DNA of 64,000 nt, from positions 172,485-236,484 of the forward strand of contig CAVZJB010000009.1 in the NCBI GenBank assembly GCA_963775425.1, given 5' to 3'. The DNA is from an uncultured delta proteobacterium (GTDB lineage: Bacteria > Myxococcota > UBA727 > VGSZ01). The notes under the pieces were generated by a model, which was given only the letters and a program-made list of their open reading frames with translations, searched no databases and was not told the DNA's origin. This document shows, piece by piece, positions 38,845-47,558 of the stretch (position 1 is its first letter; each line of letters opens with the position of its first letter). A program made the position numbers and the translations under genes.

Positions 38845-39966
38845 CTACTCGAAGAGCTGGAAGTGCACGGCGTCGGCGGCGGCCACGACGGGCAACGGTT
38901 GGGGAAGCGGGGTGGTCCACAGCGCGTCGACGTCGACGGAGCACGCGCCGTGCACCTGGATCGCGGCGAACATGGGCGCGTCGGAGAACGGCGGGCGCAG
39001 GTCGCTCTCCTGGTACGCCACCGTGTCGTCGGACCCGACGAACACGCCGCCGCCGTCGACGGCGACGGTGACGCGGGCGAAGCTGTTGGTGGCGACGAAG
39101 CTGTCGCCCAAGGGGGTCGGCGTGGAATTCTCGTCGGGTGCGACCTGCGCCGCCGCCGCGAGCTGGTCGCTCACGAAGACGCCCGCCGACGGGCCCACGT
39201 TGAAGAGCGACTGATCGTCGCCGATGAGCCCCACGAACACCTGCCCGCAGTCGCGCCCGTTGATGCGGACGAGGGCCGTCATCAACACGGGCGGCGTGAG
39301 CTGGCGGCGCAAGACGACGGCCTGCTCGTCGCCGACGTTGACGATGCCGCCGTCGACGTTGGGCGTGCCGGTCACGCGCCAGCGGGTGTCGTCGAGGCCG
39401 TCGTCGAAGCCGTCGAAGTCCGCGAAGGTGGTGCTCGGGTCCTCGACGACGGTGGGCACCTTGTCGAAGGTGTCGGCCTCGATGTACGCGAGCACCCCGG
39501 TGCGCCCCTGCGCAATCTCGCGCTGCGTGGGGATCCACGCGGTGAAGCGGTCGGCCAGGCGATCGAGGAACACCGGCACCACGTGCCACGCGCCCGTCTG
39601 CTCGTCGAAGTCCACGATGCGGAAGTCGGGCCCGACCTCGTCGAGCGGCAGGTCGGCGCCGTCGCCCCCCACCGACACGGGCACCGCCGTCCCCTTGGGC
39701 AGGGGCTTGTCGTCGCCGTTGTTCACCGTGAGCAAGCGCCGCGAGCCGAACTGCTCGTCGTCCCACGGCGGCGGCGCGCACACGTGCTCCTCGCACGAGC
39801 GCCCCGGGTCGCAGTCCTTGTCGGCGGCGCAGGAGACGTAGCCGTCGGGCGCGATGTTGGGCGCCCAGATGCATCCGCCGACGCTCGCGACGACGAGCAC
39901 GGCGCCGGCGGGGCACAAGCCCGCGCGCCACTGCGGCCGTCGTCCGACGTGGGGCGCGCGGGTCAT
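38845..39966 (-). CDS. Secreted lipoprotein, hypothetical
   Basis: ATG at 39966 overlaps the upstream stop (ATGA). Lipobox ASVGGC. Cys pairs near the N-terminus. 3 nt spacer to the response regulator start. Confidence 0.6.
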   Translation of the reverse strand: MTRAPHVGRRPQWRAGLCPAGAVLVVASVGGCIWAPNIAPDGYVSCAADKDCDPGRSCEEHVCAPPPWDDEQFGSRRLLTVNNGDDKPLPKGTAVPVSVGGDGADLPLDEVGPDFRIVDFDEQTGAWHVVPVFLDRLADRFTAWIPTQREIAQGRTGVLAYIEADTFDKVPTVVEDPSTTFADFDGFDDGLDDTRWRVTGTPNVDGGIVNVGDEQAVVLRRQLTPPVLMTALVRINGRDCGQVFVGLIGDDQSLFNVGPSAGVFVSDQLAAAAQVAPDENSTPTPLGDSFVATNSFARVTVAVDGGGVFVGSDDTVAYQESDLRPPFSDAPMFAAIQVHGACSVDVDALWTTPLPQPLPVVAAADAVHFQLFE

Positions 39967-40925
39967 GGCGCGGCCTCGGCGTCGTCGTCGCCGGACAAGA
40001 ACCACAGCGCGGCGGCTGCGCCGGCGGCGACGAGGCCGGCGGCGTAGAGGCCGTCGGCGGTGTACGCGTAGACCTGGCCGCGCAGGGTGAGGTCGCTGTC
40101 CTGGGGGAACGCGAGGAGCTGGGCCTTGGCGCGATTTTCGACGTCGAGCGAGTCCTTCAAGGAGAGCGCGCCGGCGACGCCGCCGAGAACGAACAGGCCC
40201 GCGCCGATGGAGCCGAGGACGATGGCCTCGGTGTGGTCGGCGCCGCCGCCCTCCCCGGAAGCAGCCGGCGCCGCGGGCCCGTCGACGCCGGCGAGCAGCA
40301 CCGCCTTCACCTCGGTGGTGGTGCCGTGCAAGACGCTCACGCGTCGCCGCAGCGCGCGGTAGCCGTCCTTGGCGACGACGAGGATGTGGTCCCCCTCGGG
40401 CACGCCCTCGATCGGATCGAGCGGAAGCGCGCCGAGCGGTCTGCCGTCGAGAGACGCCGCCGCGCCTTCGTCGCCGGTGATGACGATCGTGCCCTTGAGC
40501 GAGCTCGGGTCGAGGGCCACGCGGACGAGGCAATCGATGCGGCCGTCGTCGCCGTCCTTGCCCTGCAGCGTGGCCTCGGCGTGCCGGAAGACGGCGGCGG
40601 CGCCGGCCTTCACGACGACGAGCGAGATGCGCAGGCCGTCGGGCGCGACGGTGACGGCGCCCGCGACCATGAGATCGGCGCCGCGCACCGACGCGAGCGC
40701 GCCGAGGCACTTGGGCTCGCGTTGGCAACGCTGCGCGTCGCCGTTGTCGCCCTTGGTCTCGGAGAGGAGCTTGGCGACATGCCCGTCGTCGATGGCCTTG
40801 CGGACCAGGGCCGTGACGCCGTGCGCCTGCTTCTCGCTGACACCCTCGCCGGCGAGGAGCGGCAGGATGGAGGCCGCGTCGGCCTGCGCACCGCCGAGGG
40901 AGAGAGCGACGACGAGCGCGAGCAT
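39963..40925 (-). CDS. PEGA domain protein with C-terminal TM
   Basis: Signal peptide MLALVVALSLGGAQA. PEGA motif GRPLGALPLDPIEGVPEGDHILVVAKDGY. C-terminal hydrophobic segment. Confidence 0.7.
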   Translation of the reverse strand: MLALVVALSLGGAQADAASILPLLAGEGVSEKQAHGVTALVRKAIDDGHVAKLLSETKGDNGDAQRCQREPKCLGALASVRGADLMVAGAVTVAPDGLRISLVVVKAGAAAVFRHAEATLQGKDGDDGRIDCLVRVALDPSSLKGTIVITGDEGAAASLDGRPLGALPLDPIEGVPEGDHILVVAKDGYRALRRRVSVLHGTTTEVKAVLLAGVDGPAAPAASGEGGGADHTEAIVLGSIGAGLFVLGGVAGALSLKDSLDVENRAKAQLLAFPQDSDLTLRGQVYAYTADGLYAAGLVAAGAAAALWFLSGDDDAEAAP

Positions 40926-41340
40926 CAGTCGCTCCCGGCGAACAGCGGCTTCAGCCGGAACCCACCGGTGGAAGGGTCGAACAGCGCGAGCGCGGCGGCG
41001 CTGGCGCCGACCAGACCCGACCACACGAGCAGGCCCGCGCCGCCAATCTGCGCCACGGACTGCACGTGATCGTCGACGTCGTTGCGCGGCGTATTTGCGT
41101 ACGACGCCGCGAGCACGCCGGCGCCGCCGAGGGCGAGGCCGACGCTCAAAAACGCGAGCTCGCCGGGGAGGATGCTCGGGCTCACGGCGGGCCTGTCCTC
41201 GGCAGGCTTCTTGTCGGCGGCGACGGGCGGCGCGGCGTCGGCGGGCGCCGCGCACGCCGGCGTGCGGTCGACGACGCCGGCGCAAGGCGCGGGACCGGCG
41301 CCGAGGGCGAGGGCGAGGGCGACGGGGACGGCGGCGATCA
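40925..41340 (-). CDS. Small secreted/membrane hypothetical protein
   Basis: ATG at 41340 overlaps the lgt stop. 138 aa. Ala-rich hydrophobic segments. Confidence 0.45.
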
Positions 41341-42195
41341 TGCAGGGTCCGTGGCGGGCAGGGGCTCGCGCGGGTCGCGGAGCTTCCCGGCGCGGGCGAG
41401 GCGGAGGTTTCGCCGCCACACATAGATCGTGACGGGGAGGGATGCGAGGGCGACGAGCTGCGACGTCGAGACGAGCCCGTGAAACCACAGCCCGCGGTCG
41501 GTGTCGGCGCGGACCGTCTCGGTGCAAAAGCGCCACACGGCGTAGCAGACGATGTAGGCGCAGAGGGCTTCGCCGGCGAAGCGCCGCTTCTTGTACAGGA
41601 GCGCGAGCGCGACGAGGCCGACGAGACCGAACGCGGAGTCGTACAGCTCGACGGGGTGCACCGGCACCGAGCCCGACGGGTGCCCGGGCGGGAACGTCAC
41701 CGCCCAGGGCAAGGACGTGGGCACGCCGTAGCAGCAGCCGCCGAGGAAACACCCGATGCGGCCGACAAACGTCCCGAACAAGAGCCCGGGGACGCCGTAG
41801 TCGCCGAGGCCGCCCGGCTCGGGGATGCCGCGGCGGACGGTGAAGAGCCACCCCATGGCGACGGCGCCGACGACGCCGCCGTAGAAGACGTAGCCGGCTT
41901 CGAACAGCCGCGCCCAGTGCCAGGGGTCGTCCTTGAGGAGGTCGATGATGCCGCGCGCGGTGCTGCCGTCGCTGAGCACGTGGCCGCGCGCCTCGAACAG
42001 CGTGTGGAAGAGCTTGGACCCGAGGAGCGCGGAGATGACGACGACGATGGCGAGGTCAATCATGTCCCGCAGGGGCCGTCCGTCCTTGAGCCCGAGCCAG
42101 ACGCCGCAGCCGACGCCGGCGAGGTAGCCGAGCACCGTCGCCGCCACGTAGGAATGCACGGTCTGGCCGAAGGCCGAAAACAGCACCGGGTGCAC
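41338..42195 (-). CDS. lgt: Prolipoprotein diacylglyceryl transferase
   Basis: Lgt signature GRIGCFLGGCCYG and conserved HP..LY...G. Start taken as GTG at 42195 (VHPVLFSAFG). The track ORF extends further upstream into repeat sequence. Confidence 0.8.
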   Translation of the reverse strand: MHPVLFSAFGQTVHSYVAATVLGYLAGVGCGVWLGLKDGRPLRDMIDLAIVVVISALLGSKLFHTLFEARGHVLSDGSTARGIIDLLKDDPWHWARLFEAGYVFYGGVVGAVAMGWLFTVRRGIPEPGGLGDYGVPGLLFGTFVGRIGCFLGGCCYGVPTSLPWAVTFPPGHPSGSVPVHPVELYDSAFGLVGLVALALLYKKRRFAGEALCAYIVCYAVWRFCTETVRADTDRGLWFHGLVSTSQLVALASLPVTIYVWRRNLRLARAGKLRDPREPLPATDPA

Positions 42196-42210
42196 CCCGT
42201 GTCTGTAGCA

Positions 42211-42453
42211 GTTTCTTGGCGCGCTGCGCGCGCCGCGCGCTTCGCGCGGGGCCCTCCGGGCCCCCCACGCGCTTCGCGCGCGGGCCCCCCCCTTCTTCAG
42301 CTTGCGCATCGATGGGCCCGCTCGCGGAGCTCGCGCTTCCGCGAGACATGCAGCGCGCTCCTCAAAGACGCGGGACCAAGCTCGCGGCGGAGCCGCCCTC
42401 GCAGCGGACTGCGGCGGCCGGCTCCGCCGCGCTCCTTTTCGACGGCTTGACCT
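42211..42453. repeat. Inverted repeat, left arm (about 240 bp), upstream of lgt
   Basis: About 88% identical to the reverse complement of 44259..44490. Examples: cgggaccaagctcgcggcggagccgccctcgcagcggactgcggcggccggctccgccgcgctcc versus cgggacgaagctcgcggcggagccggcctcgcagcggactgcggcggccggctccgccgcgctcc. Confidence 0.8.
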
Positions 42454-42516
42454 CGTCACCCCCCCGAACGGCTCCGCCGCTACGACTGGGACGTGCCCTC
42501 GGCGTCCTCATCGGGC

Positions 42517-42658
42517 CGCGCGCCTCCTTGGCGCGCCTCCTTGGCGCGCCTCCTTGGCGCGCCTCCTTGGCGCGCCTCCTTGGCGCGCCTCCTCGGCGCG
42601 CCTCCTCGGCGCGCCTCCTTGGCGCGCCTCCTTGGTGCGCCTCCTCGGCGCGCCTCCA
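42517..42658. repeat. 13 bp tandem repeat, about 11 copies (ggcgcgcctcctt)
   Basis: Near-perfect head-to-tail copies directly downstream of the stop (42661) of the minus-strand FG-GAP gene. Confidence 0.85.
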
Positions 42659-42660
42659 CG

Positions 42661-44025
42661 TCAGCGACGCGGCGCTCTGCCTCGGTGCGGCGATCGCGCC
42701 GTGGTGATGATGGCCACGGCGGTCTTGCCCTGGTGCGGCTCGCCGACCAGGACGACGCCGGGGAGCGCCGGCATCGCCACCACATGCACAAACGCAGGGA
42801 CCTCCCACGTCGCCGTCGCATCCAGGGCGAAGCCGGCCGCAGTGCCCTTGTGGAGCGCCGCTCTCCCAGGCTCGCCCAGGTCCAGCAGGTCCGGCACGCC
42901 GTCGCCGTCGAAGTCGACGCTCACCACCGGCAGCGCGCCGTCCATGTGCCCGCCGCGCACGTCGGCCTTCGCCTGCATCGCCAGCGGTTCGCCCCCCTGG
43001 AGCCCCACCTTCACCGGGATCCGCCCGGTGACGACGACGGCCGACAGCGAGACCAGCGACGTGTCCACCTCCGCCACCACCAGCGCGCGGCCGCGTTCAC
43101 CGATGGGCGCCACGAGCCCGTCCCGCCGCCACAGCAAGCGCGGCGACGAAAACGGCCGCGCCGACGTCGACGACACCAGCCACGCCTCCGAGCGCTCGGG
43201 CACCGCGCCGCGCGTCACGCCGATCACGGCGTCGGCGCGGCCGTCCGCGTCGGCGTCGACGATGCGCACACGCAGGTCGGCGTCGCCCGCGCCGACGGTG
43301 CGCCCGAGGTCGCCGGACAGCCACGGACTCGCCTCGAGATCGCCGGCGGTGCGGCGCCACACGACCACCTCCCCCTCGTGCACGGCGATCAGGTCCGTGT
43401 CGCCGTCGGCGTCCACGTCGGCGTCGATGAGGCGCGGCCCATACAGCGACAGCGCCTCCGCGTAGCCCCGATCGGGCCGCAGCCCGCGATGCGCCCGTCC
43501 CGAGTACGCGCGCGCCTCGTGGCGCATGTGCACCAAGCGCGGCGCCTTCGCCGCCTCCCCGCCGCGCGGCGGACGCGGCACGACAAGGAGGCCGTCCACC
43601 ACAGGCAAGCGGAGCTCGCCGTCGCCGTCGCCGCGCTGGCCGCAAAGGTCCGCCACCAGCAGCGCGTCCGCGTCCGGCACCGTGAACAGCGCGTGCCCCT
43701 CGACGAGCACCTTGCCGTCGACGTCCTCGAGGCCCCGCGGTCCCGCGAACACGACGCGGCCGTCAGGGCACGCGTCCACGAAGATCGCGTCGGCCGGGAC
43801 CCGGCTGTCCGCGGCCGCCCGCCGGCCCTCCGCGTCGACGCGGACCAGGCGACGACCCCGCGCGTCCGCGCTCGTGAGCACGATGGTCCGCGGCTTCGCG
43901 AAGAAGGCATCGGAGACCGCGCCGTCGATCGCCACCACCGGCGCAGCAGCGGCGACCACGGCAGCGACGACGGCAATGACGGCGGACAGCACGCCGTCCT
44001 CTATCGCCCCGGCGCGCCCATGCAT
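42661..44025 (-). CDS. Secreted FG-GAP/VCBS-repeat protein
   Basis: ATG at 44025 (MHGRAGAIEDGVLSAVIAVVAAVVAAAAP signal-like). Repeated DxDGDGxxDL motifs (DADVDADGDTDLIAV, DADADGRADAVIGV, DFDGDGVPDLLDLG). Track ORF 42661..44346 is over-extended into non-coding repeats. Confidence 0.65.
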   Translation of the reverse strand: MHGRAGAIEDGVLSAVIAVVAAVVAAAAPVVAIDGAVSDAFFAKPRTIVLTSADARGRRLVRVDAEGRRAAADSRVPADAIFVDACPDGRVVFAGPRGLEDVDGKVLVEGHALFTVPDADALLVADLCGQRGDGDGELRLPVVDGLLVVPRPPRGGEAAKAPRLVHMRHEARAYSGRAHRGLRPDRGYAEALSLYGPRLIDADVDADGDTDLIAVHEGEVVVWRRTAGDLEASPWLSGDLGRTVGAGDADLRVRIVDADADGRADAVIGVTRGAVPERSEAWLVSSTSARPFSSPRLLWRRDGLVAPIGERGRALVVAEVDTSLVSLSAVVVTGRIPVKVGLQGGEPLAMQAKADVRGGHMDGALPVVSVDFDGDGVPDLLDLGEPGRAALHKGTAAGFALDATATWEVPAFVHVVAMPALPGVVLVGEPHQGKTAVAIITTARSPHRGRAPRR

Positions 44026-44040
44026 ACCCACGGACCAAGG

Positions 44041-44230
44041 CAAGAAAGCAGAAGGGGGAAGGGGAGAAGGCAGAAGGCAAGAAGGCAAGAAAGGCAAGAA
44101 GGCAAGAAGGCAAGAAGGCAAGAAGGCAAGAAGGCAAGAAGGCAAGAAGGCAAGAAGGCAAGAAGGCAAGAAGGCAAGAAGGCAAGAAGGCAAGAAGGCA
44201 AGAAGGCAAGAAGGCAAGAAGGCAAGAAGG
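44041..44230. repeat. 8 bp tandem repeat, about 19 perfect copies (ggcaagaa) plus about 4 degenerate copies
   Basis: Perfect octamer array at 44081-44230, starting 16 nt upstream of the FG-GAP start codon. Reads ttcttgcc on the coding strand. Confidence 0.9.
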
Positions 44231-44258
44231 TGGAGGAGCGCTGACGACGAGGCGGGGC

Positions 44259-44490
44259 GGTCAAGCCCCCCAACAGGAGCGCGGCGGAGCCGGCCGCCGC
44301 AGTCCGCTGCGAGGCCGGCTCCGCCGCGAGCTTCGTCCCGCGTCATTGAGGAGGGCGCTGCGCCTCTCGCGAAAGCGCGAGCTCCGCGAGCGGGCCGTTC
44401 GAAGGCACACCCTCAAGCGGGGGGGACCCGCGCGGAGCGCGGGGGGGCCCGGAGGGCCCGGCTGTTCGCGCGCGAAGCGCGCAAAAAAGC
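44259..44490. repeat. Inverted repeat, right arm (about 230 bp)
   Basis: Reverse complement aligns with 42211..42453 along the whole length. Confidence 0.8.
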
Positions 44491-44515
44491 AGCCCGTCGT
44501 GGGGACGACGGGCTG
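44484..44515 (-). terminator. Rho-independent terminator for the minus-strand membrane-protein gene
   Basis: Perfect 11 bp stem cagcccgtcgt / acgacgggctg with a gggg loop. Preceded by A6 on the plus strand (T6 on minus). 40 nt 3-prime of the stop at 44557. Confidence 0.6.
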
Positions 44516-44556
44516 CCACGGTCGATCGGCTGCGGGGTCGATCGGCTGCGGGGGTC

Positions 44557-45465
44557 TTAGTCGCGCGGCGGCTGGGCCAGGCCCGCGGAGGCGCCGAGGA
44601 CGGCGCCGATGCCGATGCCGAGGGGCAGGGCGTAGCTCGCGGTCTCGCTGATGAACCAGCGGGCGGCGGCGACGAGGTTGGTGTCGACCATCCACGAGGT
44701 CTCGACGGCCGAGGCCGCGCCCGCCGCCGCGAGGACCACGAGGGCGCCGACCGCGCCCATGGCGCTGCCGAGCATCGTGGAGAGCGGAACGACGCGGAAG
44801 CGCGCCGCCACGGGGTGCCCGCCGCCCAGGGCGTGGCTGGCCTCGAGGAGGCGGATGGCCATGCGCTCGGCCACGATGCGGCTGGTCAGGCCGATGACGA
44901 GGACGTCGAGGCCGAAGACAAAGGGAGCCGTCCAGTCGTCGCCCCAGGTGTAGGTCTCGGGGTGAAGGAGCGGGAGCGCGTTGCCGGCGACGAGGGCGAG
45001 CACCGTGCCGAGCACCGCCAGGCGCCGGACGTGGTGCAGGCGCAGCGGATCCGACGCCACGATGCCGGCGAGGCGGCCGCCACCCATGGCGAAGTCATGG
45101 GAGGAGTACGCGTTCTCGACGCGGATGCGCTGGCGCTGGAGCACCGAACGCGCGTCCGCGCCGCGGCCGACCAGGGTGCACAGCACCGCCAGGCCGGACG
45201 CCTCGAGCCCGCGCAAGAGCAGGCCGATCTCCCGGAACAAGCCCAGGCGGGACGGCGCCGCCACCGCGAAGGTCATCACGGGGATGCCCACGACGACGAA
45301 CATCGTCACCATCGGCACTCTCGCGGCCGGGGAGGCCATGAGGCCGAACAGCGCCCCCAACATCATCACCGACGTGAACAAACACCGTTCGCGCCCGCAG
45401 GCGAATCCGGTGGAGCACGGGGTGTCTTGTGGCGTGAAGCCCGAGTAGCGCATCGCTGACCTCAT
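44557..45465 (-). CDS. Polytopic membrane protein, hypothetical
   Basis: Multiple hydrophobic helices. ATG at 45465 or 45453. No recognisable family. Confidence 0.5.
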   Translation of the reverse strand: MRSAMRYSGFTPQDTPCSTGFACGRERCLFTSVMMLGALFGLMASPAARVPMVTMFVVVGIPVMTFAVAAPSRLGLFREIGLLLRGLEASGLAVLCTLVGRGADARSVLQRQRIRVENAYSSHDFAMGGGRLAGIVASDPLRLHHVRRLAVLGTVLALVAGNALPLLHPETYTWGDDWTAPFVFGLDVLVIGLTSRIVAERMAIRLLEASHALGGGHPVAARFRVVPLSTMLGSAMGAVGALVVLAAAGAASAVETSWMVDTNLVAAARWFISETASYALPLGIGIGAVLGASAGLAQPPRD

Positions 45466-45642
45466 CGTGGTGAACCTGATCTCATCGACCGACAACAAGT
45501 GTATCGGCCCGGTTCATCCCCGGCAAAAGCGGGCCGGAGTGTCTCACGCCGGCAGCGTGAGCCCGGTCAACGCCCTCGGTCGACGGGAGGAGGGGGCCGG
45601 AGGCTCGACTTTTCGAGGCCGGATGGCCGAGACTCCCGCTCC

Positions 45643-46521
45643 ATGCGCGCCCCCCTCGTCGCCGTTGCCCTCCTCGCCGCCGCCGCCTGCGGGGGCAGCG
45701 CAGAAGTGGTCCACGGGCTCAGCGAGCTCGAGGCCAACGAGATCATGGTCGTGCTCGAGGCCAAGGGGATCGACTCCGAGAAGCAGGCGGAGCCCGGCCG
45801 CGTGACGACGTGGAAGATCGTCGTGTCCGGCGTGGACGCCAAAGACGCGCGCCGCTACCTGGTGGCCAACCACCTGCCCCGGGCACACAGCCAGGGCCTC
45901 CCCGAGGTCTATCCCGCCGGCGGCGGCGGCCTCATCCCCACCAAGTCCGAGGAGAAGGCCAAGTTCATGATGGCCCTCCAGGGAGAGATCGAAAAGAAGC
46001 TCAAGACCCTCCCCGGCATCGTGTCGGCGCAGGTGACCGTGGTGCAGCCGGAGAAGGACATCGTGCGCGACCTGGACGCGCCGCCGCCCCTGTCCACGGC
46101 GTCGGTGGCCATCGTCTACAACGCCGTCGATCCCCGCGGCAGCGCCGCCGTCAGCCGGGACGAGGTGAAGGACCTGGTGGCGTCGTCGGTGGAGGATCTG
46201 AAGCCGGGCAACGTCACCGTGGTCATGAAGCCCAACGAGCCGGCGGTGATCGTCAGCGAATACGCCGACTCCGGCACCATCGAGGCCCCCATCACTGCGT
46301 CGAGCTGGCTCGGGCTCAAGTTCGCCGACAAGGCCTCGCGCAACAAGCTCGTCGGCTACTTCGCCGTCGGCGGCATCATCGGTGTCCTCTGCCTCGGCGT
46401 CGGCGTCGGCGGCATCGTGCGCTCCATGAGCCTGCGCCGGGCCAAGGCGCGGGCGGAGGCCGAGCTGACCTCGATGCGCAAGGCCGGTCGCGCCACCCAG
46501 ACGGGCCTGCAGCAGGGCTGA
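45643..46521 (+). CDS. YscJ/PrgK/FliF-family inner-membrane ring lipoprotein (SctJ-like)
   Basis: ATG at 45643. Lipobox LLAAAACGG. LSELEANEIMVVLEAKGIDSEK and VSAQVTVVQPEKD match the YscJ family. Single C-terminal TM (LVGYFAVGGIIGVLCLGVGV). 292 aa. Confidence 0.7.
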   Translation: MRAPLVAVALLAAAACGGSAEVVHGLSELEANEIMVVLEAKGIDSEKQAEPGRVTTWKIVVSGVDAKDARRYLVANHLPRAHSQGLPEVYPAGGGGLIPTKSEEKAKFMMALQGEIEKKLKTLPGIVSAQVTVVQPEKDIVRDLDAPPPLSTASVAIVYNAVDPRGSAAVSRDEVKDLVASSVEDLKPGNVTVVMKPNEPAVIVSEYADSGTIEAPITASSWLGLKFADKASRNKLVGYFAVGGIIGVLCLGVGVGGIVRSMSLRRAKARAEAELTSMRKAGRATQTGLQQG

Positions 46522-46544
46522 GGCCGAGGCGCCGCGGAGGGTAG

Positions 46545-47558
46545 GTGCTCGGACGTCTGCTCCATCCGCTGGATCGGCGTCAGCAGACGCTGCTGTTGAC
46601 CATGCTGAGCTTCGGCGGCTCGCAGGGCAAGGAGCTGCTGTCGCTGCTGCCCGACGACGAAGCCGGGATGATGGCCGAGAAGGCGCGGAAGCTCGACGAG
46701 ATCCCGCGCGATCGCCGCATCCCGCTCATGGTGCGCGAGCTCAAGCAGATGATGACGTTTCGCGCCATCAAGGGGCTCGAGGGCGTCGAGCCGTCCTGGT
46801 TGTCGGCGGGGTTCAAGGGCGAGAGCCCGCGGGTCATCGCCATCGCGCTCATGCACATGCCGTCGTCGATCGCGCGGCAGATCGTGGCGCGGCTGCCGGA
46901 TCCCGTGCGCGACGCGCTGCCGCCGCGGGAGGAGCTGCGGCAGGTGCCGCTGTCGGTGGTCAAGCTCGTGCGCGCGCGCTTCGACGCCAAGTTCGCCTCG
47001 ATGCCGCTCGAGCGCGACCTGGCCGAGCTGCAGTTCCGCGACCTCGTGCTGCTCACCGCCAAGGAGCTCGTCACGGTGGTGCGCCACGTCGGCGCCGACG
47101 AGATCGCCTGTGCGTTCCTCGCCGTCGGCAAGCGCGCCCTCGCCGAGTTCCTCTCCAAGCTCAGCCCCGAGGACGCCGAGGAGCTCATCGCCGCCGTCAA
47201 GCGAACCGACATCAAGGACCAGATGGAGCAGAAGGCGGCGCGCGGCTTCCTCGGCAAGGTGCTCCAGGGCTTCAACAACACCGACGAGCTGTTCCAGAAG
47301 GCGGGCCTCTATCGCCTCGCCCGCGCCATCTCCATCGAAGACCCCACCTACGTGCGTCAGATTTCGCAGCGCTTCCCGCGCCCGCACGGCCGGCTGCTCG
47401 GCGAATACCTCGCGCGCGTGCGCGACGAGGAGCTCGACGACGGCCAGGTGCGGCGGCTGCGCGATCAGGTGCTCGACGTCCTCGTCAACCTCTCGCGGCG
47501 CGGAAAGATCGAGGCGCGCTACGGGCAGCGGCCCGTGAAGTACGAGGGGCGCTCGTGA
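46545..47558 (+). CDS. FliG-like protein (rotor/switch-protein fold)
   Basis: GTG at 46545 with GGAGGG 4 nt upstream. N-terminal LDRRQQTLLLTMLSFGGSQGKELLSLL resembles FliG-N. VIAIALMHMPSSIARQIVARLPDPVRDAL and FRDLVLLTAKELVTVVRHVGADEIACAFLAVGKRALAEFLSKLSPEDAEEL resemble FliG middle and C-terminal motifs. Confidence 0.6.
   Translation: MLGRLLHPLDRRQQTLLLTMLSFGGSQGKELLSLLPDDEAGMMAEKARKLDEIPRDRRIPLMVRELKQMMTFRAIKGLEGVEPSWLSAGFKGESPRVIAIALMHMPSSIARQIVARLPDPVRDALPPREELRQVPLSVVKLVRARFDAKFASMPLERDLAELQFRDLVLLTAKELVTVVRHVGADEIACAFLAVGKRALAEFLSKLSPEDAEELIAAVKRTDIKDQMEQKAARGFLGKVLQGFNNTDELFQKAGLYRLARAISIEDPTYVRQISQRFPRPHGRLLGEYLARVRDEELDDGQVRRLRDQVLDVLVNLSRRGKIEARYGQRPVKYEGRS

Noticed and set aside
36928-40047. 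1039 aa plus-strand ORF across the ankyrin / response regulator / lipoprotein / PEGA region
   Set aside because: Antisense to four well-supported minus-strand genes. The translation is Arg/Ala/Gly/Pro-rich nonsense typical of GC3-biased antisense frames.
42302-43465. ORF translating the 13 bp tandem array as LLGAPPWRAS repeats
   Set aside because: The periodicity comes from 3 x 13 bp and it overlaps the FG-GAP gene on the opposite strand. Treated as non-coding repeat.
42517-44230. The two tandem arrays as a CRISPR locus
   Set aside because: Units are 8 and 13 bp with no spacers and no cas genes, so these are microsatellite-like arrays rather than CRISPR.
44026-44346. N-terminal LLAFLPSC-repeat extension of track ORF 42661..44346
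   Set aside because: It is simply the 8-mer array read in frame. The real start is the ATG at 44025 after the array.
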